A stretch of 62,945 nucleotides of DNA, the filler included, from Candidatus Tectimicrobiota bacterium (lineage in GTDB: Bacteria; JACPSX01): the NCBI GenBank assembly GCA_016193065.1. It is 6 parts of 6 records of this genome, joined end to end, with 100 filler letters (N's around TTAATTAATTAA, not from the genome) between each part and the next. Parts side by side here need not be neighbours in the genome. Positions count along the whole stretch, not along the records: positions 32,496 to 37,859 come from JACPSX010000141.1; positions 37,960 to 48,761 come from JACPSX010000003.1; 4 more parts are not named here. One strand, given 5' to 3'. Shown one piece after another: positions 37,027 through 46,869 of the stretch (positions within the stretch are counted from its first letter, which is position 1; every line of letters starts with the position of its first letter). The notes below the pieces were generated by a model. That model did no database searches, had not been told where the DNA came from, and saw only the letters and a program-made list of their open reading frames with translations. The translations under genes were made by a program, and so were the position numbers.

Positions 37027-37390
37027 GTCGCGGCAAGCCGTCTTTTCCGAAAATGTTGCAAATAATCTGGAGCAGGTTAGGCTCTTCCTCGAGCCAGAAG
37101 GGAAGAATGCCTTCACACGTCTCTTAGCCCGCTTTTTCGATGACATCGTGTCCACTGTCTGCCAGTTTCCGCAGTCAGGACGCCCTTTGCTTGCCCATTC
37201 TATTTGTTCCGTCGAAGCACAGGCCATGATCAAACAGATAGAAGCCCTGTTGAAAAAGGGCGACGGCCTGCGCGAATTTGTGGTGGAGGACTACCTGATT
37301 CTCTACCTCTTCCGAGCGAATCAAGTCATCTTTCTTGCGATCAAGCATCACCGTCAATTGTCCTTCGATTTTTCGCTTCTCTGGCCATAA
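37016..37390 (+). CDS. RelE/ParE family toxin (paralog of 1550-1924)
   Basis: Same length and motifs, more diverged than the antitoxin. Confidence 0.8.
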   Translation: MPAKSRQAVFSENVANNLEQVRLFLEPEGKNAFTRLLARFFDDIVSTVCQFPQSGRPLLAHSICSVEAQAMIKQIEALLKKGDGLREFVVEDYLILYLFRANQVIFLAIKHHRQLSFDFSLLWP

Positions 37391-37480
37391 CAGGGCGGCC
37401 GTGGCCTTGTTGAGAGCCGAATCCAGAGATTCCTTGATCCGGGTTCCCTCCAGGGGCTTGAGCAGATTTGTTCTGGTGAA
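37391..37480 (-). pseudogene. Internal fragment of a WYL regulator gene
   Basis: NLLKPLEGTRIKESLDSALNKATAAL versus NLLKPLEGTEIKASLDSALNKATAAL in 2750-3730. Confidence 0.8.
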
Positions 37481-37668
37481 GCGCGTACAAGTATACAACG
37501 ACTCCGGAAAGGAAGGCAAGCTTGCTGGGCACGAGTAACGATGCGATGGGAAAGGGACCCCTTTTCTTATACAATGAGCCGTCGCGCAGGTGAGGCGCAC
37601 ATGGAATCTTTCATGCAAAGAGTCGAATACTCGGCGACGGGTCATCTTCGGTGAAAAAGGAATAAGAA

Positions 37669-37859
37669 ATGGAAACCATCTATACCGCCTTCCAGTCTTT
37701 TTCTCCCGTGACGCAAGCTCTGCTGGCCACCTGCTTCACCTGGTTTGTGACCGCTCTGGGAGCGGCCGGGGTGTTCTTCACCCGGAACGTGAGCCGGAAG
37801 ATCCTGGACCTGATGCTCGGTTTTGCCGGGGGCGTGATGATCGCCGCCAGCTACTGGTC
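37669..37859 (+). CDS. ZIP (GufA-like) metal transporter, N-terminus (truncated)
   Basis: FTWFVTALGAA...LGFAGGVMIAASYW. Confidence 0.85.
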
Positions 37860-37959
37860 NNNNNNNNNNNNNNNNNNNNNNNNNNNNNNNNNNNNNNNNN
37901 NNNTTAATTAATTAANNNNNNNNNNNNNNNNNNNNNNNNNNNNNNNNNNNNNNNNNNNN

Positions 37960-39156
37960 CTCTTGAGCCTGCCGGGAGGCTGCCATGAGCGGGTCTTTTA
38001 CTGTGAGAGCAAAGGTCGCTGCTGCGGCAGCCATTAAGATCGAGATGATCAGAAAGCCGTTTGAGTAACTCAGCGAAGCGATCAGGAAGCCGGCCAGGAT
38101 CGGACCAGCGGCCTCGCCGCTGTCCCAGATTGTCCCGAAGACCCCCATGGCCGAACCCATCCTCCCCGCCTTGGCGAGATCGGCCACCAGCGCCGTCGTC
38201 GAGGGAGTGACGATCGCGACACCCAAACCAAGAAGGCACGAGAGGGCCAGAAGGGTAAAGAACCTCTGACCCATGACGATCAGAGGGAGGCTCGAGGCGC
38301 AGAGAACGAGACCCAGGAGGATCATCGGTTTTCTGCCGATCCGGTCCGAGAGCCAGCCGCCGGCAGGCTTGCCCATCATCGTGGTGGCAAGCTGGCCCCC
38401 CATGATGAGTCCAATCGCAGCATCGTTGTAACCGATTCCCCTGGCATAGAGGGGGAAAAAGCCCAGGAAGGCCCCGTAGCCGACGTACATTGCCGCTTCC
38501 AGGGCCGAGGCGATGATAACAGCTCTGTTCAATACGACCTCGTGGATGCCCGTTTTGAACTGCGCCCATCGTCCAGGATTGGCCGTTGCCGGGGCCGGTG
38601 TTCTCTCCTCAGCCGGCAGGCGCAGAACGATGAGGAGAGGCAAGAGACCCAGTCCGCCCACGACCAGATAGGTGACCGGGTAACTGGCCGTGGAAAAGAG
38701 GATGAAGCCGCCCACTGCAGGACCCAGCGTTGCTCCCACGTCATTCGCCGAAGCGAACCACCCCAGTTTCTCCCCTCGGCCCTTCTGAAAGATGTCCGCC
38801 ACGAAGGCGGAGGCCACCGGTGAGAAGATCGCTGTGGCAAAGCCGTGGAAAAACCGTAAGACGAGCAGGCTTATAGGATCTTTGACCAGCGGATACAGAA
38901 AAGGAGGGGCGGCGAAAAAAAAGGCCCCGAGGAGCAACATGCGCCTGCGTCCGAGAATGTCGGAGAGGGCTCCGGCAGGGAGCTTGATGAAGATGCCGGT
39001 GATCGTGGAGGCGGCGACGATAAGGCCAATGAGCTCCGGTGAAGATCCCAGATCCTGGGCAAAGCGCGGTAGAACCGGGCTGCGCGCCATCTGGTAGCTG
39101 AAGCGCGAGAGCATGCCTGCAATGACAAGGGTCAAGAACGGATTGGCCGCTTTCAT
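37960..39156 (-). CDS. MFS transporter (3' end at contig edge)
   Basis: GALSDILGRR and GWLSDRIGRK motif A, 12 TM. Confidence 0.9.
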
Positions 39157-39183
39157 GCTCCCCCTCCGGAACTCTTTCCGTTC

Positions 39184-40287
39184 TCACGGAGAGCTTTGCT
39201 GATCTACGGATCCTGCCAGGCGTGTCTTTGTCGTCCCTTGGGGTCTCTTCGGTCGCTTCCCCGGCTCTTTAAAAAATGAGTAAAGGCCATCGAAGATGGG
39301 CAGGCTTTTCTGCAAATGCTCGTGATCGTTCCTGGAGAGCCTGCCCAGCCCCGACAGGATCCGGTCCAGCCCGGGCCCTTCCTCCCGGAAGAACTTGCCG
39401 TCCTTGAGGTCCACGTCGTGAACGATCTCGGCGATCTCCGTCAGGGCCCGGTCCTTGAATCCCAGCCTCCACAGTAAAGTTTCAAACGTGCACAGATCGC
39501 CGGTATGGCCGAACTCGGCCTCAAACATGTCAAACCGGATGCTTCCCGGGGGAATTTTTTCCGCCTGAGGATCAATGAAAGTAAACGGGGCATTGGGATC
39601 AATGAAGCGCAGGACCAGCCAGGCAGTGGCAAGACGATCGATGTGAATGTTTGCCCGGGTCACCCAGGGTTTCCCCTTGAGGGACGGGATCGAAAGCGGG
39701 GCGAGTTTTCCCTGCTCCGACGGTGTGCGGCCTGTGGGCCGAGACTCGGTCGCCGAGAGGCGTCCCCGCAGGCTGCGGATCTGTTTCTCTATGACCGAGC
39801 CCTGAGGGGCACCGAAGAAGTCAATCTTCTTAATTTCCTGATACTGTTTTTGAAGTCGTTCAAGCTGCTCCGCAAGCCCCGAGGCCGCCGCGGGGTTCAA
39901 TTGCTTTTCTCTGAGCAGGCGGGCGGCCCGGGCTTGAAGTCTTCCCAGTTCCTCGCCCAGTTGAAGTCTTCCCAGTTCCTCGCCCAGGGTCTTGTAGTCT
40001 TGCGAACGAGCCTCCAGGAAGAGTCCCCGGATCTCCTCGTCCTTCATCCCCTGGACCGCGTTCGCGGTAAAAATCTGGGCTGTGCCTCGCGCCGACAGGA
40101 CTTCCTCTTTGAGCCACTGGAAATCCTCAATGGTTTCCTGGGAGAAGGGCAGAACGTAGGCCGAGTTCTTCAACCCGATCGCACCGATCTTCTGCAGACG
40201 GCGCCACAGACTCACCCTCGCCTTGGAGGGCTGGGCGGGGAGCTGAAAGATAAAGAGTAGCCATCTCAGCGATTTGTCTCTTTTCAT
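39184..40287 (-). CDS. chrB: Chromate resistance regulator ChrB
   Basis: RVSLWRRLQKIGA N-domain; WVTRANIHIDRLATAWLVLRFID, HTGDLCTFE C-domain. Confidence 0.88.
   Translation of the reverse strand: MKRDKSLRWLLFIFQLPAQPSKARVSLWRRLQKIGAIGLKNSAYVLPFSQETIEDFQWLKEEVLSARGTAQIFTANAVQGMKDEEIRGLFLEARSQDYKTLGEELGRLQLGEELGRLQARAARLLREKQLNPAAASGLAEQLERLQKQYQEIKKIDFFGAPQGSVIEKQIRSLRGRLSATESRPTGRTPSEQGKLAPLSIPSLKGKPWVTRANIHIDRLATAWLVLRFIDPNAPFTFIDPQAEKIPPGSIRFDMFEAEFGHTGDLCTFETLLWRLGFKDRALTEIAEIVHDVDLKDGKFFREEGPGLDRILSGLGRLSRNDHEHLQKSLPIFDGLYSFFKEPGKRPKRPQGTTKTRLAGSVDQQSSP
39934..39987. repeat. Perfect 27-bp tandem duplication within chrB
   Basis: TTGAAGTCTTCCCAGTTCCTCGCCCAG twice (LGEELGRLQ twice). Confidence 0.9.
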
Positions 40288-40308
40288 TGAGAAACACCTA
40301 TTAATTGA

Positions 40309-40345
40309 TGTAATAGATATTACAATTCAGTGGGTCAAGAGTCAA
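40309..40345 (-). promoter_or_regulatory. chrB promoter with overlapping palindromic operator
   Basis: Minus strand TTGACT-N17-TAATAT; inverted repeat TGTAATA-GA-TATTACA at 40309-40324. Confidence 0.65.
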
Positions 40346-40621
40346 CAGAAAATCTGCAGCGATAAAAGTCCGGCGCTGGCCGGGCTCCTTGGGGGACGTC
40401 CCGGATAAAAAATGTCCGGAGTGTAGGGAAAAATTGCGGCGTATCCCCGCAGAAGATTTATGAAGGGCGGCATGAGAGGGAAAAACGACAAAGATTCTGT
40501 AACTTACCGGAATACGGGAAGCTTGTCTCCTGTGGGTGGCCTCCCCTGGGGATTCCGCTATAATGTTCAGAGTAAGGGCTTCAGAATTCACGGCACAGGA
40601 TCGAGGAGAGGGGGAACGGCG

Positions 40622-42142
40622 GTGCCCGTGTCCGAACATCTCACCGGTGAGCAGACCCGTCCAACCCGCTTTCACCCTGGATCGTTGCAGGACCCCGGCG
40701 CGATTCTCCTCATTTCCTGCTACGAGCTGGGGCGCCAGCCCCTGGGTGTCGCGTTCCCCCTGAGCTTCCTGCAGCAGTCCGGCTACGAACCCGAGGTTCT
40801 GGACATCTCCATCCAGGAGCTGGATGAAAAGAAAATCGCGCGCGCCCGTTTTGTCGGGATTTCCGTCCCCATGCACACGGCCCTGCGCTTGGGAGTGCAA
40901 GTGGCCGAACGGGTGCGGGAAATCAATCTGGCCTGTCACATCTGCTTCTACGGCCTCTATGCCACCCTGAACGCGGATTATCTGTTGGAGCACTGGGCCG
41001 ATTCGGTGATCGGCGGGGAAATCGAGGCTCCTCTGGTTCAGCTTATTGGGGTCCTGGAGAGGGGGGACAGGGCTCCAATTCCGGGAATCGCCCGGCGTCA
41101 GCAGAACGCCGGGCCATTCCTGGAAAAACTTTCCTTTCCGGTTCCCAGCCGCCATTCTCTCCCGGACCTTACCAAATACGCCCGCCTGGAGCAGGGCGGA
41201 GAGCAGAGGCTAGTGGGTACCGTGGAGGCCAGCCGCGGTTGCAAGTACATGTGCCTCCACTGTCCCATCCCGCCGGTGTACGGCGGGCGCTTCTTCGTGG
41301 TGCCCTCCGAGGTGGTCTTGAAGGACATCCGGAACCTGGTGGGGGCAGGGGCCTCGCACATCACCTTCGGGGATCCTGATTTCCTGAACGGCCCTGCCCA
41401 TTCCCTGCGAATCGTCCGGGCCATGCACAGGGAATTCCCGGAAGTTACCTTCGACTTCACGGCCAAGATCGAGCACATCGTCAAGCACCGGGCAATCTTC
41501 CCTGAATTGTCGGCTCTGGGATGCTTGTTTGTCGTGTCCGCCGTAGAGTCCCTGAGCGACGTGGTCCTGGGGCATCTCGAGAAGGGCCACACGTGCGCCG
41601 ATGTGGTGACCTCCCTGGAGATCCTGCGAGAGGCGGGAATCACGCTCCGTCTCTCCCTGGTCTCTTTCACTCCTTGGACCACTTTGGACGACTACATCGA
41701 GGTCCTGGAGTTTGTGGAAAACCATGGCCTCATTGATCAAGTGGACTCGGTGCAGTACTCGATCCGGCTTCTGGTGCCTCCGGGCTCTGCGCTTCTCAAG
41801 CGGCCCGCGATCCGGCCGTTTTTGGGGGAGCTCGACCAGGCTTCCTTCCTTTACCCCTGGGTCCACCCGGACCCCCGCGTGGATTTGCTCTACCATGAGG
41901 TCAGCGCGGTTGTGGAGGAGGCGGCCTGCTCGGGGGAGGAGCCAGTGAAGACGTTTCAACGGGTGCGGGAGCTTGCTTACCGGATGCGAGGCGACCCGGT
42001 ACCGGCGGGGGTTCCGGCCGGGCTCGATTCCGTGAAGAGACGAGCGCCCCGTCTTACCGAATCCTGGTTTTGCTGAGCGGAGCCCACCGAGGGCCAGTTG
42101 GGCCCTCTGAGAGCTCAAACTCCTGACAGATCGGCAATTTGA
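40622..42142 (+). CDS. CUAEP-tail radical SAM protein, probable selenoprotein (UGA 42074-42076)
   Basis: CKYMCLHC CxxxCxxC; C-terminus RLTESWFC-UGA-AEPTEGQLGPL to stop 42140-42142; start uncertain. Confidence 0.85.
42080..42116 (+). promoter_or_regulatory. SECIS-like hairpin of radical SAM gene
   Basis: GAGGGCC-agttg-GGCCCTC (42089-42107) with outer GAGC/GCTC; loop starts 20 nt after UGA. Confidence 0.7.
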
Positions 42143-42174
42143 TCGCGTAACCCGAAAGGAAAGGGGAACAGACA

Positions 42175-42474
42175 ATGGAAGGTATGGAAGGCATGACGGA
42201 TCTCGGAGAAAAGGTGCAGTACATCCTCGATACGGCCGTCAACCCCGCCATAGCAGCCCACGGAGGCTACATCGAGCTCATCGAGGTGAAGGACAAGACC
42301 GTCTACGTTCGCATGGGCGGAGGTTGCGCGGGATGCGGGGCTGCCGACATCACTCTGAAGGCCGGTGTGGAGGCGATGCTCAAGGAAGAGATCCCGGAGA
42401 TTGAAGAGGTTCTTGACACCACCGACCACGCCGCGGGTACGAACCCGTATTACAGCCCGGGCAAGGGGTTTTAG
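42175..42474 (+). CDS. NifU/NfuA-like Fe-S carrier
   Basis: VNPAIAAHGG...GGGCAGC...TDHAAGTNPYY. Confidence 0.88.
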   Translation: MEGMEGMTDLGEKVQYILDTAVNPAIAAHGGYIELIEVKDKTVYVRMGGGCAGCGAADITLKAGVEAMLKEEIPEIEEVLDTTDHAAGTNPYYSPGKGF

Positions 42475-42480
42475 CGCTTC

Positions 42481-43734
42481 ATGCCCCGGCTCTTGCTGCT
42501 TCTGCCCACCACGACCTACCGCACGGAGGCTTTCCTGGAAGCCGCCTCGCGGCTCGGTGTGGAAATCACCGTGGGCTGCGATCGAACCCAGGCGCTGGCG
42601 GCCAGGCAGCCCAGCCATAATGTCACTCTCGACTTTCTCCATCCCAAGGAAGCGGCCCGAGTTGCAGCCCTGTTTGCCCGGAAGTACCCCATTGACGCCG
42701 TCGTGGGGGTCGATGACGACACGGCGGTCGTGGCCGCGGCTATTTCCGAGGCCCTGGAGCTCCCCCACAACTCCGTGGAATCCACTTTGGCCGCGAAAAA
42801 CAAGCACCTCATGAGGGAGATGCTGAGACGCTGCGGAGTCCCGGTTCCTCGCTTCGCCGTTTTTTCCCTGGAAGACGATCCCGGCGATCTGGCCGGCCGG
42901 ATGACCTACCCGTGCGTCTTGAAGCCTTTGATCCTGGCGGCCAGCCGGGGCGTCATCCGGGCTGACGGCGATCGCGAGTTTGTCGCCGCTTTCCGCCGGA
43001 TCGAAGCGATGCTGCGCCAGCCGGAGGTGGCGGAGCGCGGAGAGCCCGCCCGCCGGATCCTGGTGGAGAATTTCATTCCCGGGCAGGAGGTGGCCCTGGA
43101 GGGGTTGTTGACGGATGGGAAACTTCAGGTGCTGGCTCTCTTTGATAAGCCGGATCCTCTGGACGGACCGTTCTTTGAAGAGACGATCTACGTGACCCCA
43201 TCGCGTCATCCCGCTGCTGTGCAGGACGAGATCGTCTCCTGCGCGGCCCGCGCTGCGGCCGCCCTGGGGCTCCGGGAAGGGCCTGTACACGCCGAACTGC
43301 GCTTCAACTCCCAGGGCATATGGATGATCGAGATGGCGGCTCGCTCCATCGGCGGTTTGTGCTCCCGAATCCTGCGTTTCGGTGCCGGACTGTCCCTGGA
43401 AGACTTGCTCCTGCGCCATGCCCTGGGAATGGAGATTGAGTCCATGGAGCGCGAGCGCCAGCCCGCCGGGGTCATGATGCTGCCGATCCCCCAGGCCGGA
43501 GTCCTGCGGCAGGTGAGCGGAAAAGAGGAAGCGGAAGCCGTGCCGGGGATTGTTGAGGTTGCCATTACATCGCACCTGGGACAGGAACTCGTGCCTCTGC
43601 CCGAGGGGGCGAGGTATTTAGGCTTCGTGTTTGCGCGTGCCGAGACCCCCGATCGGGTGGAGGCTGCCCTGCGGGAGGCTCAGCCCCGGCTGCACTTCAC
43701 GATTGAACCCTCACCTGTAGAGTCGACGGTATGA
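42481..43734 (+). CDS. ATP-grasp domain ligase
   Basis: PCVLKPLILAASRGVIRAD, VENFIPGQEVALEG, VHAELR, EMAARSIGG. Confidence 0.9.
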   Translation: MPRLLLLLPTTTYRTEAFLEAASRLGVEITVGCDRTQALAARQPSHNVTLDFLHPKEAARVAALFARKYPIDAVVGVDDDTAVVAAAISEALELPHNSVESTLAAKNKHLMREMLRRCGVPVPRFAVFSLEDDPGDLAGRMTYPCVLKPLILAASRGVIRADGDREFVAAFRRIEAMLRQPEVAERGEPARRILVENFIPGQEVALEGLLTDGKLQVLALFDKPDPLDGPFFEETIYVTPSRHPAAVQDEIVSCAARAAAALGLREGPVHAELRFNSQGIWMIEMAARSIGGLCSRILRFGAGLSLEDLLLRHALGMEIESMERERQPAGVMMLPIPQAGVLRQVSGKEEAEAVPGIVEVAITSHLGQELVPLPEGARYLGFVFARAETPDRVEAALREAQPRLHFTIEPSPVESTV

Positions 43735-44930
43735 ACCCCGCCCGTGCCACCCGCCCAAGTGAGGTGCGGATCGGTCTCTCCATATCGCTCAGTGGAATGT
43801 TCTCCCGCCAGGGCCGCCAGGGGCTTCATGGGCTCGAGCTCTGGGTCCGGGATACAAACCATGCCGGCGGCCTGCTGGTTCCATCGTGGGGGCAACGGGT
43901 CCCTCTCCATCTGATCGTTTACGATGATCTGAGCCGGGCGGAGTCGGCGAAGCGAAACGTGCAGCAGTTAATCGCGGCGGATCGTGTGGACATTCTCTTC
44001 GGCCCTTACTCCAGCGGCCTCACGATGATCGTGGCCCCGCTGGCCGCGGCGGCCGGCAAGCTGCTCTGGAACCACGGAGGCACCAGCGACGCTCTGTTCC
44101 GGCAGGGCTGGCAACACCTGATCAGCATCGCCAGCCCCGCCGGCGACTACTTTCGCGCCTTGCCGGCTCTCCTTGAGTCCCACCACCCCGGCCTGCGCGG
44201 GTTGAGCCTTCTCCACGACCGGCGCGGAACGTTTGCGGCCAACGTGGTGAGCGGCCTGGTCGAATCCTGCACTGAAGCGGGGATCCTCCTGTCTCCTTTT
44301 CCCTTTGAGTCCCCGCTTCGTCTGGCTTCTGATCTGGTGGCGGAAGCGCTGGCGCGGGAGCCCGGGGGGCTGGTGGTGGTCGGGCGGTATCAGGACGATG
44401 TGGAGGTGGTCGCGGCCTGCGCGGATTCTTTGCAACCTCCGAAGTTTGTGGCCGCCGTGGCGGCGGGACTCAATGCCTTCGGCACGGAGCTCGGTTCCCT
44501 GTCCGAAGGGGTGGTCGGTTCAAGCCAGTGGGAACCTGGACGGACCGCGGATCCCGTGACGGGTCCTGCGCCCGGGGAATTTGTTGCGGCGTTCCGGAAA
44601 GCCTACGGGGAAATGCCCGAGTACCCGGCCGCGCAGGCTTACGCTCTGGGGATCATCCTGGAGAAGTGCGTGGAGAAGGCCGAAGACCTGGACGATGCCC
44701 ATCTCCGCGCCGCCGCCTTGGGCCTGGACGTGACGACGTTGTTCGGCTGCTTCCGCCTCGATCCGGTTACGGGCCGCCAGATCGGCCATCAGGGGCTCCT
44801 GGTCCAGTGGGTCGCGGGGCAAAAGGTGGTGCTGTGGCCTCCGTCGGCTGGCGGGGCCTCTCTCAAGGAGTTCACTCCTTCTAAACAAGATCGGGGCGAT
44901 GAGCTGGATTCCGGACTTACTATTGCCTGA
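43731..44930 (+). CDS. Branched-chain amino acid-type ABC substrate-binding protein
   Basis: IGLSISLSG, YDDLS, LFGPYSSGLT; no obvious signal peptide. Confidence 0.85.
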   Translation: MNPARATRPSEVRIGLSISLSGMFSRQGRQGLHGLELWVRDTNHAGGLLVPSWGQRVPLHLIVYDDLSRAESAKRNVQQLIAADRVDILFGPYSSGLTMIVAPLAAAAGKLLWNHGGTSDALFRQGWQHLISIASPAGDYFRALPALLESHHPGLRGLSLLHDRRGTFAANVVSGLVESCTEAGILLSPFPFESPLRLASDLVAEALAREPGGLVVVGRYQDDVEVVAACADSLQPPKFVAAVAAGLNAFGTELGSLSEGVVGSSQWEPGRTADPVTGPAPGEFVAAFRKAYGEMPEYPAAQAYALGIILEKCVEKAEDLDDAHLRAAALGLDVTTLFGCFRLDPVTGRQIGHQGLLVQWVAGQKVVLWPPSAGGASLKEFTPSKQDRGDELDSGLTIA

Positions 44931-44949
44931 AATCAGGAGGGTTCCTCCC

Positions 44950-45963
44950 ATGTCTTCAAAGTCGAAAATTATCGCCGCGGCGGTGCAGGCAGCCCCGGTC
45001 TACCTGAACAAGGAAGCTTCCCTTGAAAAAGCCTGCGGGTTGATTGCGCAGGCCGCCGAAAGGGGGGCCGACTTGATTGCGCTGCCGGAGGCTTTTCTTT
45101 CCGGTTACCCCTACTGGATCTGGTTTCAGCCCATCGGGGAGGGGATCCCCTATGCCGTGCGGCTGTTTGAAACATCCGTAAAGGTACCGGGACCGGAGAC
45201 GGAAGCTCTGGGGGCTGCAGCTCGCAAGGCCGGAGCCTATGTCGTGATTGGCGTGAACGAGCTGGAGAACAAGGCCCTCTACAACACGCAGCTCTTCTTC
45301 GACCGCGAAGGGAAGCTGATCGGCAAGCACCGGAAGTTCAAGCCCACCTATGCGGAGAAGGTCATCTGGGCCGACGGGGACGGCAGCACCCACCGCGTTT
45401 ACGAAACGGATTTCGGCGGCCTTGGTGGTTTGATTTGCGCAGAACATGCCATGGCCCTGCCCGGTTTCACGCTGGCTTCCATGGGAGAGAGGGTGCACGT
45501 CGCGATCTGGGTGGGGTTTGCAAGCTGTCTCGGGGAAGCCCGCCGGGAGGGCTTCCGGAATCTCACCCAGGCGGCTGCTGTCTACCATGCCGTCGCCTTC
45601 CAGAGTTTTGTCGTCAACTCTCAATCCATCGTAGATGACTCCGCCCTGGAGGTTTTAGGCCATCCCAAAGAGATGGAGAAGGGCGGAGGATGGACGGCGA
45701 TTATCGCCGCCGGTTCGGGCCGGATTCTTGGCGGACCGCTGGTGGATGATGAAGGGATCGTTTCCGCGGAAATCAACCTTTCCGACGCGATCCCGTTCTA
45801 CTTCAACCGCGACGTGACCGGCCAGTACTGGTCCCCGTTTTTCACCGTGCAGTTCGATCCCAGGCCGCACTCCTCCGTCCAAATCGCCACGGAGCCTGGG
45901 GCTCCGAGGTACCAGTCGACGGAACCCGATGAACAGGATGCGGGCCCAGAGATCGGCCCGTAG
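44950..45963 (+). CDS. Nitrilase (carbon-nitrogen hydrolase family)
   Basis: E-K-C triad: LPEAF, HRKFKPT, GLICAEH. Confidence 0.9.
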   Translation: MSSKSKIIAAAVQAAPVYLNKEASLEKACGLIAQAAERGADLIALPEAFLSGYPYWIWFQPIGEGIPYAVRLFETSVKVPGPETEALGAAARKAGAYVVIGVNELENKALYNTQLFFDREGKLIGKHRKFKPTYAEKVIWADGDGSTHRVYETDFGGLGGLICAEHAMALPGFTLASMGERVHVAIWVGFASCLGEARREGFRNLTQAAAVYHAVAFQSFVVNSQSIVDDSALEVLGHPKEMEKGGGWTAIIAAGSGRILGGPLVDDEGIVSAEINLSDAIPFYFNRDVTGQYWSPFFTVQFDPRPHSSVQIATEPGAPRYQSTEPDEQDAGPEIGP

Positions 45964-46107
45964 CGTCCTGACTTCCTGGGAGGCCGCTGAGAAACCCTCC
46001 GTTCACCCTTCGACTATGCTCAGGGCGAACGGAGGAAGTCCTGAAATTGCTGATGATTTTCCAAAGACTTTTCGCATCCTGCCGACAGAGCCTGGCGAGA
46101 GAGCGAT

Positions 46108-46485
46108 TTATCGGCGGTAGAATTTGCGCCGGAGCTTGGTTCCATAGAAGCTTACGGTCTGCAAGTTGAACGAGCGGCGTTTGAGAAGGTCGAGGCGGAT
46201 TCTCTTGAACTGGATCTGCTTCAGCACTGTTCTGCGATCTTCCCTGTCGTAGACGTGTTGCAGGAGATCTTCGAGGCTGTGAATCTCTTTCAGCAACTGC
46301 GCCTCGGGTGGTAAGACGTTGGCGTTTTTCAGCAGAATGTAAGCTGTCCTTAATTCCTCCGGAACGCAGCTCAGGTCTTCCAGGTTCAGCGGCTTGCCTT
46401 CACCGGGCAGGTTCTCGAAGGCCCCGGCCTTCTGGGCCTCCAGGATTCTCTGTTCGACGACCCTGTGCAGATAGGACAGCGCCAC
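46108..46485 (-). CDS. DUF1992 domain protein
   Basis: GAFENLPGEGKPL...PEELR.AY.LLKNA..LPPE. Confidence 0.85.
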   Translation of the reverse strand: MALSYLHRVVEQRILEAQKAGAFENLPGEGKPLNLEDLSCVPEELRTAYILLKNANVLPPEAQLLKEIHSLEDLLQHVYDREDRRTVLKQIQFKRIRLDLLKRRSFNLQTVSFYGTKLRRKFYRR

Positions 46486-46869
46486 TTGATCCTCCGCGAA
46501 TCCGCTTGCCCGTCTTCTGAATTCTATTGCATCCGTGAGCCGGGTTCAACGGGCACGCCCGCGGGGACTATCCAGAAACCGCCCTCTGCGGCGATTTACA
46601 CCCATATATTCAATTGGAAAGGTAAGGGGCAGACCCTCGCCGATGAAATCTCATCAGGTCTGAAGTCGGGTTATACAGACAATCGCCGCAGTGTTTGCCC
46701 AGTCAGACCACCCCCTACAATCCCTTATAAGTCATGGATAAAACAGAATTGTCGGCGTTGCTGGAGGGTGTCCACCGGTGATATGATGGTAAAAACACGG
46801 AATTATGCCGGTCAGCATAATCAATCATCGGGCTCGCTGTTCACTATCCACCGTGAACAGGATTTGTAA

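Noticed and set aside
34400-37600. CRISPR array near cas6
   Set aside because: No regularly spaced direct repeats seen; local repeats are REP-like palindromes
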